64,000 nucleotides of DNA from Octopus vulgaris (taxonomy: Eukaryota). The stretch spans positions 44,764,001 through 44,828,000 of the forward strand of contig OX597826.1 in the NCBI GenBank assembly GCA_951406725.2, given 5' to 3'. The notes beneath the pieces were generated by a model. It saw nothing but the letters and a program-made list of their open reading frames with translations, searched no databases and was not told the DNA's origin. Both the position numbers and the translations under genes were made by a program. Positions 40,973 through 55,617 of this stretch are shown in pieces (the first letter of the stretch is position 1; each line of letters begins with the position of its first letter).

Positions 40973-41844
40973 GAGAGAGAGGTGGGGGAGAGAGAGACGG
41001 TCATTATAAATGGGAGAAAGTAATAAATACATAAAAGCGAAAGCCTGTATTTTATTAAACCATCTTGAATTATAACGCGTAGTTTCATATTACCGATTAC
41101 AGAAATGATTGAAGATAAGAAAGATGCATAGTATGTATATAAGCAACAATACTCGCAAACGAAGGAAAATATTATTGAGCTACCATGCATTGACATTTTA
41201 TTGCTCACTAATAACAACTAAGTTATTAACATTAGTAAGAGCATATCCAGCTCATCCATCAACTAAGAAATCGTGTAATATTTCTGCATACGACCCCATG
41301 TCTCCATTAAAGACAGTGACTTCAAAGATACAATATATAATATTCAGATTGATATGAATATTCATAAAGGTAAAAATTGAAAGCGAAATATTTAATTACA
41401 TAAGCTTCTCTATAATATAAATCTTCGCTCAAATGCTTCGGAGTTAGCTACGTCTCATAAATAAGTATTTCTTCGTAGTATTACATATTATGAGAGAAGT
41501 AGTCAAAATAACGGGAAGATGAGTAGATATTGTCTCAAATTATTTGCTGCTTCTGCAGTCTGTATAGAGAGACGAGTCCGGTTTGCAGCAGAAGCACATA
41601 AAGCTCTTTTCTTCTATGTAATTATAATAAACCTAATTTTTTATCCTAAGCTCTATGAGTATTTCTACGGGATTAGTTAATCATTTTAAGGTTGCATTTG
41701 CGGATAGAGTGAAACAAACATTTAGTTATGCAGCGGTTGCTGGATTGCCTTTCAAATATGCTCGTAGTATACACAAGCATTCAGTCACTCAGAAGGTAGC
41801 TTTACCATTTCACTCTCCAAGAATATCTGTATTGCAAAGTATGA

Positions 41845-42282
41845 TAATATTGATTTTAAATTTTAGTACAAAGCCAGCTAGTTGATTACATCAACCCCAG
41901 TGTTGAACTGATACTTATTTCATCGACCCCGAAAGGATGAAAGCCGAAATGGGCCTTGGCGGTATTTGAACTCAGGATGTGGAGACGGGTGAAATGCCGC
42001 TAAGCATTTACCCGTCATGCTAACCATTCTGCAAGCTGGCCACCTTTAAGAGTATGATAATATTGGGTTCAAATTTCGGCACGAGGCCAGCAATTTCGTT
42101 GGACAAGATACGCCGATTACATCGACCCAGTGCTCAGCTGGTACATATTAATTTCAAATTCCGAAATGACAAAAGGTAAAGTCAACCTCGGCGGAATTTG
42201 GACTCAGAATATAAAAACGGACCAAAGGCCGCTAAGCAATATTCCTCGTCGTACTAACGATTCTGCTAGCTCACCACACTTA
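41845..42282 (-). mobile_element. Two tandem family B SINEs
   Basis: Two gattacatc(a/g)accc..gtg...ggcgg(t/a)atttg.actcag units, each preceded by agtatgataatattg. Confidence 0.82.
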
Positions 42283-43759
42283 TAAGTATAACATTTATAA
42301 AACGGATTGCTCCAATGTTGATCAAACTCTCATAATAATAATAATGGTTCCGGGAAGAATACTGTCAATACATCGGAGATGTATAATATTCTCTTAAAGT
42401 GTTTTGAAATTTTGAAGAAATGATCGCTATTAATGCACTACACTCTAAAATAAATTATTATTTATATAATGGATTTGGTGTACCCGGCAAATGTTTATAA
42501 AAATAAAACATTCGTTTATGCAGAAATACCAAAAGTTCATTAACAATGGTCGTGAATTGATAAAAATAACACGTTCGGCGCATAACAATTAAAGAGATAA
42601 GTGTGACACATTTTCAACCAATTTTCAGCAACTTTTCAAATTCTTTTAGGCTGTTGACTAATATTTCGATATTTTAGAGTATATATATGTCACGCAGATT
42701 TCTGGCTTTAACAGTTTTATTAATTGGTACAGTGAAACTAAGGCTTACAAATCAATGATTTTCAGTTTCTAATGTAAAATACATAATCAGCTTTATGGTA
42801 TTGAGTCTTTTTACCAGTGTCGAGCCCAGTCTATACTGGTATTACAAAAGATGAAAACTAAAAAGCAACTTTGGACTCTCTTTGAAAACAATTTCGTGGT
42901 TTCATGCAATAAAACTAATTTACAGAAAAAGAAAAAAATATATAATCAGAGAGTTAATTGGAAGACTAATTATTTTGATAAATATATTCGGCTCATGACG
43001 TTTTTCTCAAAGATCTAAAAAGAAATTTATGAACTCCAAACGCATTAATTTTTCCCCAGACTTAACCAAAGAATACGAAAAGTTAAAAACTGCACATATC
43101 ATAGAAAACAATTAAAACAGTATCTATGAAACTCATAAAGAAAGCTAATTCTAGGTCTTGCCATAATATTAATCAAGACAAAACTGAAACAAATACCAGT
43201 TTGAATTTCGAAAATAAAGGGAAATGCTTTTTTGTGCTATGCTAACCATAAATTACTTTAAAACATGATGGAGATAATTTTCCTTGCCAACTCGAAATGT
43301 GTGTTAATAAATGCAGTAAAGATAATGCAGCATGTAGAGGAATTAAAAGTAATATAGCCAAACGTCACGTTTCTTCAGTTATCAAATAATAGTTTATCAG
43401 TTATCAAGTGGTTCAGTAATGTAGACAATTAGCTATTGTGAATTTATATAGTTTTAGATTATAGTCTTACATCCATTATCAAGTAGTTCACTAACAAATA
43501 ATAAGCACTATTGTAAATTTACGAAGTTTGATATAATTAAGTTTTTACCTACTAATAAGTAAATTGTATCTTCAAAGAGAAACAATTCAGGGGATTTAGG
43601 AATTAATATTATGTAAATATATTGTTTTTGGCTTTTAAAAGTTGATTCTTTGAGGCGGACAGCAACTGTTTGATGAGATCCTACGGAGATCTTACTGAGG
43701 GGCATCTGTTTCTAAATTAATAGGTATGCATATCATTGATTTACTTCTAAAGAAATACC

Positions 43760-43992
43760 TATTTCTTTACTACCCACAAGGGGCTAAACACAGAGAGGAC
43801 AAACAAGGGCAGACAGAAGGATTAAATCGATTATATCGACCCCAGTGCGTAACTGGTACTTATTTAATAGACCCCGAAAGGATGAAAGGCAAAGTCGACC
43901 TCGGCGGAATTTGAACTCAGAACGTAACGGCAGACGAAATACGGCTATGCATTTCGCCCGGCGTGCTAACTTTTCTGCCAGCTCGCCGCCTT
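43760..43992 (-). mobile_element. Young full-length family B SINE with 9-bp TSD
   Basis: TSD agaaatacc at 43751-43759 and 43993-44001. Confidence 0.94.
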
Positions 43993-44999
43993 AGAAATAC
44001 CGCTATTTAGAATTCGGTATTTATAGCGATGATGGACTACTCATTTGATGAATGAATTTTGAACGGCTATGAATAGGATGCTGTTATGAAGTGTTTCATC
44101 AGGCTATTCATCAAAATAGATTTAAAAAGTTCAGTAGATGGAAACTGAAATATCGTTATTTCAGTAGCTCTGAATGCCACTGGTATTCATAGACGGAAAA
44201 ATAGCAAATGAAACTGAATTTTACTTGTTTGTCAAGCAATTTAGTCAGAGATCGTATGTTGAAACTAAACCACTTACATCTCTCCCTCATCCAATCTGAC
44301 GCACAATCTCCCTTTCATTCCTATTCTCTTACTTTCCCCAACTCTTTATCTGGCCAGAAAAAGAAGATCGACCTGACAAGTTTCAGCTTTCTATCACTTC
44401 AAAAGAAATCAGTTCCTACAGAGATTTGTAGCTTATATTTATTTATAATATACGCAAACTGGCTTAGAATTCATTAGTTTTGCCTGAATTTACATAAGAT
44501 TGAGTCGTTAGTAACGTGAAATACTGAATTATGAAAAATGCAGCTCTGTGTTGGATGAATAAAATTATGCAAATTAAAGTATAAGATATATCGATGTGAT
44601 TGCAAATGCTAGTGTTTACATTTAGTCACGGAGTTTCCTCACTTCGGTGCAGAATATTTACTTCGTACTGTGATGCTCAAAACGAGATTTCAAGATTTCT
44701 AATATGTAAAATATATTAATTTAACATACGTATATTTTTTATACGTACATACATACTTATATACATACATACATACAAACATACATACACATATATACAT
44801 AGATGCATTTATACATGCATACTCACATACACACAAATACATACATATAAATATATATAAATATATACATGCATACATAGTATATACATATATACGTATA
44901 TATATATATATATACATACATATTTATATATGCATACATATATTTATAGGCATATATATACATACATGCATATACATTACGCACACAGTACTGAATGTA

Positions 45000-45350
45000 G
45001 TTTAGAGTCATACCTAGGATCTGTGGATGGATGCAGTGAGGAGAGCTTTGATGTTGGAGTGAAAGAGGCAAGAGAGTTTATAAATGATAGAAAAGCCTGG
45101 AGAGTGTTTTTGGGCGGATGAACGAATTGATGTGGCTCAAAGGAGTACGGAACCAGCATGATGCAGCAGGGGCAAGCCAGCATATGCTGTCAGGCCCCGC
45201 TGCTGATATCGGGGGTTGCGTTCTGTTCCTTGACCCGGGCATAGGATGGGGCTCGCTTTTTTGAGCTGGGAAATGAATGGAATGCCTGGTGTGTGTTTGT
45301 TGTGACTACCCCCTCCTAAAATAATGGGGAATAGGACTGGATATATAAAA
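45000..45350 (+). mobile_element. RTE-type LINE 3' end with UTR
   Basis: WMDAVRRA and GVKEAREFINDRKAWRVFLGG-stop (DRxxWR C-terminal motif). Confidence 0.7.
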
Positions 45351-45461
45351 AAAAAGCAAGCTCGAATAGAAATAAGTTGACCTCTCTTCATTCACATAAC
45401 AGTTTGCTGTGTAGTAATTAATTACTAGAAACCCGACACTGTGTTAGAAAGAGTTAAATAT

Positions 45462-45784
45462 TCGTCCTTCGTCGCCCTTTCCAAGCCTTGCCAGGCTCAT
45501 GGTCCCGGTTTCCCGGTTTCTGTGGCGCATGTGTCCCCCCCCCCCCAGCTGGACGAGACGCCAGTCCATCGCAGCGTTACTCAAGAAACAAGAAGAAAGA
45601 GTGAGAGAATGTTGTGGCGAGAGAGTACAACAGGGGTCGCCACCATTCCCTGCCGGTTCCTCGTGGAGCTTTCAGATTATTTTTTCCACTCAATAAACAC
45701 ACACAACGCCAGGTCTGTGAATCGAAAGCGCGATCCTCCGACCGCGAGTTCGCTGACCTAACCACTCGGCCATTGCGCCTCTAC
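45462..45784 (-). mobile_element. Family C SINE with 12-bp TSD
   Basis: TSD agagttaaatat at 45450-45461 and 45785-45796; tRNA-like head at the right end. Confidence 0.92.
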
Positions 45785-46919
45785 AGAGTTAAATATGGAT
45801 AAGTATAATTATATAAATCAGGATCGAGCCACTTTACGGTTAGGTAAAAGATTAATGAACCGGCATTATCCATTCTGCATTTGAGTTCTCTAGTTTTGTG
45901 GAATCTGCTATTCTGAACAATAGATTGTGTAAGAAAACATTAATACATCCCTCGAGCTTCTTATCAATGATCTTATCAAACAGCGTGAGTCCAAATTAAG
46001 ACAAAAAAATCTTCTGTAGACTTGAATATTCCCAGAAAAGCGAATAACATTTTAATATTTGTTTCCATTTATTCATTTACTTATTTATTTATATATTTTT
46101 ATCTGTACTGGTGTTTTGTTAAAACTCAACGGAGTAATTTTCGCCATCGTCATTTTATGACACTTGTGAAAATGAAAGTTCCAAATTGAATCGGCAATCC
46201 GACACCAAACTTCCCTGGAGTATATGTTTTCTTTCAGAACAACAAACTATCTACTCTAAAGCTGTCATTGTCCTTTGTTATTTCAGTGAAACCAGGACCA
46301 ACCACTTTCCGCTACACTTTCTCCAAAAATTACTTATCTTACCAAAACTACTCCGTCATCACCGTTTTGTTTATAGCGTCAAATTGTGAAAATCTATGCC
46401 CATCTCATCATAGAACGGAGACAATTTCATAAATGTCAGCACATTTCTGCTGTCAGTAAAGTAACCAGAGTAGATTACAAGTGAATAGAAAATATGTAGG
46501 CTGTTTTATTGTAATTAGAACTAGTAATTTCCACGCGATGTAATCCGATTAGACCGCATGACGAATGTTATTGTCTCGTCGGAACGAAGCAGATAATCTG
46601 AAAATATCTTAGAATAGTGTCCATAATGAAACATTGAAATAACTGACCATTCGAAAAAGAGTAAATGGCATTATGTATATGTTAATACGCATGAATGTAT
46701 GTGTGTATGTATGTATGTATGTATGTATGTATGTATGTATGTATGTATGTATGTATGTATGTATGTATGTATGTATTATTTAGGTAGGTAGGTAGGTAGG
46801 GGCATATGTATGGGCAGGTTTATTTCTTCGAGTGAATGTGTAATTATATGCATTGCATAGGTGTGTGTATGTTCATCCACCCATCTATTTATATTTTATT
46901 TAGAAATATACCCATATTT

Positions 46920-47310
46920 AAGGCGGCGTACTGGCAGAATCGTTAGCACGTTGGACGAAATGCTTAACAGTATTTCGTCTGCCGTTACGTTCTGAGTTCC
47001 AATTCCGCCGAGGTCGACTTTGCCTTTCATACTTTCCGGGTCGATTAAATAAGTACCAGTTATGCACTGGGGTCGATATAATCGACTTAATCCCTTTATC
47101 TGTCCTTGTTTGTCCTCTCTGTCTTTAGCCCCCTGTGGGTAGTAAAGAAATAGGTATTTTGTCTGTCGCTACATCCTGAGTTCAAATTCAGCTGAGGTCA
47201 ACTTTGCCTTTTATCGTTTTGGGGTCTATAAAATAAGTACCAATTGTTCCATCGACTATAACCCTCCCCTAAATTTCAGACCTTTTGCCTGTAGTAGAAA
47301 TACTATTATT
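46920..47310 (+). mobile_element. Full family B SINE (46920-47152) fused to a headless older copy (47153-47310)
   Basis: Junction gtaaagaaata|ggtattttgtctg; the second unit ends in the older-type tail. Confidence 0.9.
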
Positions 47311-47670
47311 TGTAGGATTTATGTTAGTTTGGTTTGGTTAGAGAATGAAAATTTTGACTGAAACAATTTTGGAATTTTTAATAATGCTTTTTTAATCTCC
47401 ATTATGTGCAAACAAGTATCATTTGGAGTAAAATGAATTGTCTCAGGGTAGACACTTTTTAATTTAACAGCACATTTAGCCAGCTACTGCAATTTTAACT
47501 TGATTTAACTCCTCAAGTTTTAGGTTTGATGTAAGAAATTTTCTCCTTAAAATCCACTTGTATGGAGAGTTTGATAATAACGTGCAGAAGAATCTTTAAC
47601 GATTTTATTAATAATATTGGACAGTTTAAGGCATCCTATGCAGCCGATTAGAATATAACTGTTGGTCTGT

Positions 47671-47685
47671 TTATCTATCTATCTG

Positions 47686-47765
<80 letters not shown>

Positions 47766-47855
47766 CCTACCTATCTCTCTCTTTATCTATATATCTATCT
47801 ATCTATCCATCTCTGTCTGTTTCTCTGTCCCCCACCTCTCGCTCTCTCTCTCTAT
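47671..47855 (+). repeat. (TATC)n/(TC)n microsatellite
   Basis: Direct reading. Confidence 0.95.
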
Positions 47856-48614
47856 AAATATATATTATCAAGTCCATATAAACCTGTCACTAAAGGATAT
47901 CCCCCTAACGAATAGAACTGAATACATATATATATATTTACAATGCATATACGTATATTAGAAAAGATTTGTGTATGCATGTATGTACGTAAAGTTTACA
48001 TAAAATAGCGTATATTCGACCACATAATTCGTGCAGCGTTGACTCCATACAAATGAACGAAGTCTGTTACTTCCTAAGAGAAATATTTATAGCTCTATAA
48101 ATGTACAATTATCAAGTGCATATTCGTGTTTGTAAATGCAAACATGGATTTTCGTGTACGTATATTAGTGCATTGAGAAATAATACTTTCAGGACACACC
48201 TAAAAACTAGCATCACATTCTAATCAACTCTATTATTCAAAGCATCATTCTTTGATACTATGGCTGGTAAATGCGATACAAATGTCTAAAATGTATCTGA
48301 ATTCAGAGAAAACCTGTACGAGCAAGTTTCATTCATTTATTTATTTATTTACTTATATTATTCAGCAGCTATTTTATTCATATTGTTCCCTTACATTGCA
48401 GTTTATAGATTAATGTTTAAATACAAACCCGTTAATCTGTGTATTGCAACAGGAGCGCCTGAAAGGAGTTTTCGCTTGTCCTTTCCTCTAGCAAACGCAG
48501 AAAGGAACGCACCACATATCGATAGTAATCCAATGATCTTTTAGATTGATACTGCAAAGGTGCATTTAATCAAACACACACAGATTCCTGCACGCACCGA
48601 CACAGCAAACACAC

Positions 48615-48646
48615 GCATATGTCTATATGTCTATATCATATATACA

Positions 48647-48687
<41 letters not shown>

Positions 48688-48767
48688 ATGTATATATATA
48701 TATATATATATATATTTATAAATATATATTTGTATATATGTATGTATATTTATGTGTATGTATATAT

Positions 48768-48808
<41 letters not shown>

Positions 48809-49057
48809 TATTAATATATATGCATGCTTATGTAAGTATATTTGTGTGTGTATATGTGTATGCATATACATACATCTGTGTGCGTTTCTGTATATCTATC
48901 TATTTATCTTTCCATTTGTCTGTCTCACTCTGTCACCCTCTCTTTCAACACACACACACACACACATACACACACACACATACACACACACATATATATA
49001 CACGTATATATACACGTATTATGCGGATATATACACATATATATATATGTATGTATG

Positions 49058-49092
<35 letters not shown>

Positions 49093-49225
49093 TGATATAA
49101 TTATATATACATACATATAAGTTCATACACGCACACAAGCACGCACACAGAGACACATACGCACGTATATACAAAAGTGTGTGTGCGTGCATGTGTATGT
49201 GTGTGTGTGTGTGTGTGTGTGTACG
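48615..49225 (+). repeat. Compound TA/TG/CA microsatellite field
   Basis: Direct reading. Confidence 0.93.
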
Positions 49226-49598
49226 TGGATAGAGATCGATTGATAGGTAGACAGATATTGGTACGAATATTTCGTTAGGCTCATTCATAGGCACATATAT
49301 TTCATACGTTTAGCAATTTATCTGTCAGATATACACATGCATGTATACAAGGAACTACAAACCTTCTCCATCACCACCACCACCAAGACCAACACCACCA
49401 CCACCACTACCTCACACATTCACTTACACATGCATACAACGGGTCACACATACGCAGCATTCTTGTTTTGTAAAAACTTCACAAAAGAATTCCGTCCGCC
49501 ATTGAATTCAGACCAACCTACATTAGTAATATCATGCAAGCAATGTCTGCAGATCTTCTTATAAAAAGCAACATATATCAATGTTTCGATGATATAAA

Positions 49599-49970
<372 letters not shown>

Positions 49971-50780
49971 GTAATGTAGTTGGGAATATATACACACGTA
50001 AATATTTGTTTGTTTATTTATACGTCCTTCAAGCTGAATCTGTTGATTACTGACTGGGGAGCTTTCGTCTCTACTTTCTACTTTTCTTCCTTCCTTTCTT
50101 TCTAGTTTTTAAAGTATTGATTAAATAGAATCAGACACAGAGCGGTTAATAGTGGGAAATGAATAAGAAATGCTATGGAATATATGAAACAGAAAAAAAA
50201 CGCTGGTGTTTTCTTAGTAATATAATAGATATTATATATAGAGATTAGAAACTAATATATCAAAAAATCTAAGGGAAGAATTTAAGAAACATTCGTCACG
50301 AAACGTCCATATTTAGCCAGTGTGCAAGGGAAGTAATTCGTGTGTTTATAAACCCTTAATACGTAATGCGGCGGGTGGACTGTGTTTACTTCAAAATTTT
50401 TCTTCGTTCGAAGAATTATTTATGAGATTATAATAGCAGATTAGAAAACTGTATATGTGTGAATTAAGGCAGGTTCTTTATCTTTTTCTTTTTAGTTGTT
50501 GCCGTTATTAGATTCTGCGGCCATGCTGGGGCACCACCTTGAAAAATTTTAGTCGTATATACATCGGTTTCAGTTGCGCTGCATGTCACTCTAGGTAAGT
50601 GCCTTCTTATATGTCTCCATGACACCCAATGCTTTCTGAGTGAAGTTCATGGACTTTGTTAACTCGTCTCTTTCTCACCCTCTCATTGGATGTGTGCGTG
50701 TGCGCACAAGTAAGTGTGTGTCTGTGCATGCATGTGCGTGTATGTACGTGTGTATGTATGTAAGTATGTACGTATGTATG

Positions 50781-51104
50781 GGAAAGCGCGTGGTATAGTG
50801 ATTAGGTTATTCAGCTCACGATCATAAGGTTGTGAGTTCAATTCCCAGCGACGCGTTGTGTCCTTGAGCAGGACACTTTCTTTCACGTCGATCCACTTCA
50901 CTTAGTTGGCAAAAATGAGTTGTACCTGTAATTCAAATGGCCAGTTTGGTCACACTCTGTGTCACGCTGAATCTCCTTGAGAACTACATTAAGAGGACAC
51001 GTGTCTGTGGAGTACTCAGCCATATGCAAGTTAATTTCAAGAGCAGGCTGTTCCGTTGAACGGATGAACTGGAATCCTCTTCGTCGTAACCGATGAAGTA
51101 CCCT
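50781..51104 (+). mobile_element. tRNA-derived CORE-like SINE family D
   Basis: A box (gtggtatagtgat), B box (gagttcaattccc) and CORE-like gtgtccttgagcaggacactt; a decayed 3' relative lies at about 13320-13470. Confidence 0.82.
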
Positions 51105-51107
51105 CAT

Positions 51108-51175
<68 letters not shown>

Positions 51176-51191
51176 GTATATGTATATGTAT

Positions 51192-51279
<88 letters not shown>

Positions 51280-51423
51280 AAAATTATGATTTAGGGTATC
51301 TGAGAGATACCACCACACTGAAAATAGCAGTCACAGACTGACTCTAAACCCACATTAAATGTTCATATAGCACTAGGAAAGAAGACAAAGAGACAAACTA
51401 AACTAGCAAAAAATTACTGGATA

Positions 51424-51482
51424 ATTCCAGATCCTGGATTTCTGGCTCTGCATAAGAAATGCTCTGCTTTCGTCAGTGGAAT
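51424..51482 (-). ncRNA. Type I hammerhead ribozyme motif
   Basis: Minus strand: attcca-CTGACGA-aagcagagcatttcttatgcagagcca-GAAA-TCCAGG-ATC-tggaat. Perfect 6-bp stem I, near-palindromic stem III, base of stem II mismatched. Confidence 0.7.
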
Positions 51483-51560
51483 ATACTCAGATAGCACATA
51501 AATGCGAACATATATATATATACTACATACGATATACTTACATACAAAGACGTCATACAA

Positions 51561-51713
<153 letters not shown>

Positions 51714-52748
51714 TGTAAACTAAAATACTATATATTTGTTTTAAGTGAGAAAATGCATACATTCATCTGTGTTAATTCTGATTGTTGTATATATGATATT
51801 AATTAAGCGTGACACGAGGTGAAATTTTATAACGGATTTTTAATTTATGGTAAGAAAGCAATATATTTTACAACACATCTAATTAAACAACTTGATGAAG
51901 TGACTATAATACGAAAAAATTAGAAAAAACCAGAAACATTCAGCAAGGCAATAAAAATTGCGCGAGCATAATACAAAAATGAGATAAATTATATAAATTA
52001 ATATAAAAATACGTAAACATACTATTAATTTATAAAGCAGGGAATCTTTCACTACTTAAAGGTTTTAAGATAATATTTGAAGGGGAAAAATAGAAAATAT
52101 AAACATTCGCGTTTTAATGGAATTGGTGCAGATAGACAGGAAGAAAACCAGCTCGAAGACCAGAATTGGTGTTTTGTGTGATAATTTACAACAGTAATAC
52201 ATTTGTGTGAAGAAGACTACCAGATTTTTTGTATTGTGTTATAAAAGGATTGACTAATGTTAGAAGAGTGTATGTTTTCAGGGTTTAAAAGTAGATTCTA
52301 ACTGCAAAACGTTGGCTTCTAGAATATATGTTTGTGAAAGGGAAGATGAAGATTTAGACGAATGATAAGAATTGATCTGAATTATAATTATGTGTATCGC
52401 ATATATAAGTTTGTTCGTGGGGGAGTTGTCATTGAGTGGAGGTTAGATTTGGGATGAGAGAATAGGGATGTATTTCTATAAGAAATATAGTTAAAAGAGC
52501 AATTTTGATATATAAATATGCTTCATATATATAAATAGGTTTAATATAAATAGGCAATCATTTGAGGGTGGTTAAATCCAGCGTAGGGCAGGAGGTGAAT
52601 ATTGATAGAAGTTAGTGCAAATTACTGAACTAGATAAGTAATATTGCAAATTTTACTTGATAAACTATTTAGGTAGCTAATGTTGAAGTACAATACTAGA
52701 TTTTTATATTCTGAAAGAAAGAAAAACGAAAAGAAAGAAAAGGACATA

Positions 52749-53437
52749 CGGGGTGGTATCAAAATGTTCCCGGACTAGTTTAGTAGCGCACACCAACAGA
52801 TGGCAGTAAAAACGTTTGCGTGTGCAGTGAGAGCTGGTAGTAACCTTCATGAAGTAGTGTTCCAAATGACATTGCTGTGTTCACTTCAGAAGTTGTGAAG
52901 TTTGTGTTTTCGTGATCACGTATATGCTGTAGTCTGTGATTTGGTTATGGGCAAGAACGAAGAGAGCCAACGTGAAATTTTGCGTTAAACTTGGTAAGTC
53001 TGCTACAGATCATTGAGCATGCTTCGACAAGCTTACTGTGATGTGACACTAGGTAGTACTCAATCTTTCAAAAGCGGAAGAAAGTCCCTGGAAGACGATG
53101 AGCGATCTGGAAGACCTATCACGAGCGTCAACCCCGGAAATGCAGGATTATGCATAGAGAATTTGTCCCCCAGAGCCAGACCATCAATCGAGAGTTCTAC
53201 TGTGACGTTTGAGGTGTTTGGTGGTAGAGGGACATTTGCCAAAGGCGATCGGATCTGTAGAGCGCGAAGAATTAGATTTTTACAACGACAATGCTCCTTG
53301 TCACCGACCTCTCCTCACTTGGGCTGTTCTCGCCTAAAACAACATGATATCGCATCCGCTCTCACCTGCGATCTTCCATCTCTTCCCCAAAATGAAAATG
53401 CAGCTCAATCGTCGCCGTTGTAACAACGTTGTCGACT
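52749..53437 (+). mobile_element. Internally deleted mariner transposon with left TIR
   Basis: TA|cggggtggtatcaaaatgttcccggact left end; RANVKFCVKLGKSAT, SMLRQAY, FKSGRKSLEDDERSGRP, then fragments of EF.P.GQTIN, DNAP.H and FPKMK. Right TIR not seen. Confidence 0.88.
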
Positions 53438-53651
53438 CGCTTACTTTTCCGTCTTGCAGCACAGACTCTCCCTTTCCATGGTTGCCCACACAAGGGAACT
53501 TCGAAATGAATTAGCAACAAGAAATTGTCCTCCAAACGTCGTTCTTTACGCCTGGCTCTGGCGATTTTAACATGTTAAATTTGTTAGCATATTTATACCA
53601 GCTACAATGATATGCTGTGATTATACGCATCGGATATACATATATAGATGG

Positions 53652-53658
53652 CTATCTG

Positions 53659-53743
<85 letters not shown>

Positions 53744-53919
53744 CTATCTATATGTCTGTCTATCTATCGATCTATCTTTCTATCTATATATACATACATA
53801 CATACACACACATATATATATAATATATATATATATGTATGTATGTATGTATGAATGTATGTATGTATGTATGTATGTATGTATGTATGTATGTATGTAT
53901 ATATATATATATATATATA
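53652..53919 (+). repeat. (TATC)n/(TATG)n/(TA)n microsatellite
   Basis: Direct reading. Confidence 0.95.
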
Positions 53920-54759
53920 ATTGGATGCCACGTAACGCTGCTGTCTTATGTGTCTTTTTATTTTGCAGAACAAAAATATCAGTTTTCCTATGATTTTGAT
54001 ATTGGTTTATAAAATAGGCACAGGGATACATATTTCAAAGCAATAGTCGATATTTCGATCTAAATACGTGGTACTTTATTCTATTGATTTTGGAAGGCTG
54101 AAAGCAATCATATTTTTTCCTGACATGTTTGCATGAGGAAATTTACAATGAAAACGTTCTCATCATATATCGCACTTGTATAAGAAGCATTGCCTATCCT
54201 TCTGCTTATAAATAACAGGTTTATACATGAAATTTACATTATTCTGGATTTATCTGGAGATATACTATTTAAAATAATAATTTTGCTTACATATTTTGCT
54301 ACTTCAATGCGGCTATAATATTCCATAATTAGATCACAGGTCGTCATTTTAGTTTCAGAATATATGTAAGCACGTTTTTTTTAAACCAGAAGCAACGACG
54401 ATTGACCGAGAATGTCTTAATTAAACTGTTTGTAATTAAAATAAATGTCAGTCTTAACTTAGGTGTTTACTGAAAACCTAGAACAATTTGTCAGAGATAA
54501 ACTGCATAATTTGGAAAATATAAAAGAAATTCTAGACGCGATTATTCCAGATAGTGGAATATTAATTAGACATAATTCTAATCATATAATTATTATTTTT
54601 GTGAGAGAAGGAACTCGCACTAATTCCAGTGTATATATGAGTTTGAGAACGCAAGAATAACGATGCACAACTAAATTCATGGTTTATTTAGTATATTTTT
54701 TTCTTATTAATAAATGAAACACGTGTTTCTAGTATCCCCAGTATTAGATATTAAAAAAA

Positions 54760-55360
54760 AGGACCAGTACGCTCAGCTCACCTCTTTGTCGGGGTTGAAA
54801 TCCTGGGTGAAGAAAAGAATAAGATTGGATGCTTAGCAGTTCGAATATCGTCAGGCTCTCACAGCTCACATCCAGTCGAGCAATGCGCTCGGCAGAAGTT
54901 AGCAATATATAGGAATCTAGTGGTGGATAAGAGCGATACCGTGCTCAGAGAAAGTCTAGGCGCTGGCAAGGACGAAATAGCTGGTCAGTTTCGGGGATTT
55001 TCGTGCCCAGTAACTACCACGGATACCTTCCAGAAATCCTTGACCTAGCATTGCTACCGACAAGCACAGCCGGTTCGAGTTAAACTCTACTGGCACAGTA
55101 GGGCTACCATGTGGGGCTGATCAAGATGTGCGCAGAAAGACAAAGCTGTTTTGCACGCACTTGTACAGTTTCCGGGTATTGCTGACAGCTGTTATCGCGT
55201 GTGGGACAAATCTGACTATTGGCCGAATCTATCGTGTGGCACGCACGACCACTTACGGAGTAGAGCAAGCTGCGTTCCTCTGTCTAGCCGCTGTGGCGAA
55301 AGAGGTTGTGTGGTGAACATCGCTGAAAGTATTGAGAAAAGGTATCTTCCTCTTTGATCA
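54760..55360. mobile_element. GC-richer block, possibly a decayed LINE 5' region
   Basis: Abrupt rise in GC; minus-strand AERIARLDV only faintly resembles the RTE endonuclease N-terminus. Confidence 0.25.
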
Positions 55361-55366
55361 AGCCCT

Positions 55367-55585
55367 CTCTTTACTCTTTTACTCTTTTACTTGTTTCAGG
55401 CATTTGACTGCGGCCACGCTGGAGCACCGGCTTTAGTCGAGCAAATCGACCCCGGGACTTATTCTTTGTAAGCCCAATACTTATTCTATCGGTCTCTTTT
55501 GGCGAACCGCTAAGTGACGGGGACGTAAACACACCAGCATCGGTTGTCAAGCAATGCTAGGGGGACAAACACAGACACATAAACC

Positions 55586-55617
<32 letters not shown>

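Noticed and set aside
44040-44120. Inverted repeats around a minus-strand CTGATGA
   Set aside because: No GAAA half-core or stem II.
53950-53970. Strong-looking splice acceptor tcttttattttgcag
   Set aside because: No sustained reading frame or donor downstream; such tracts are common in AT-rich DNA.
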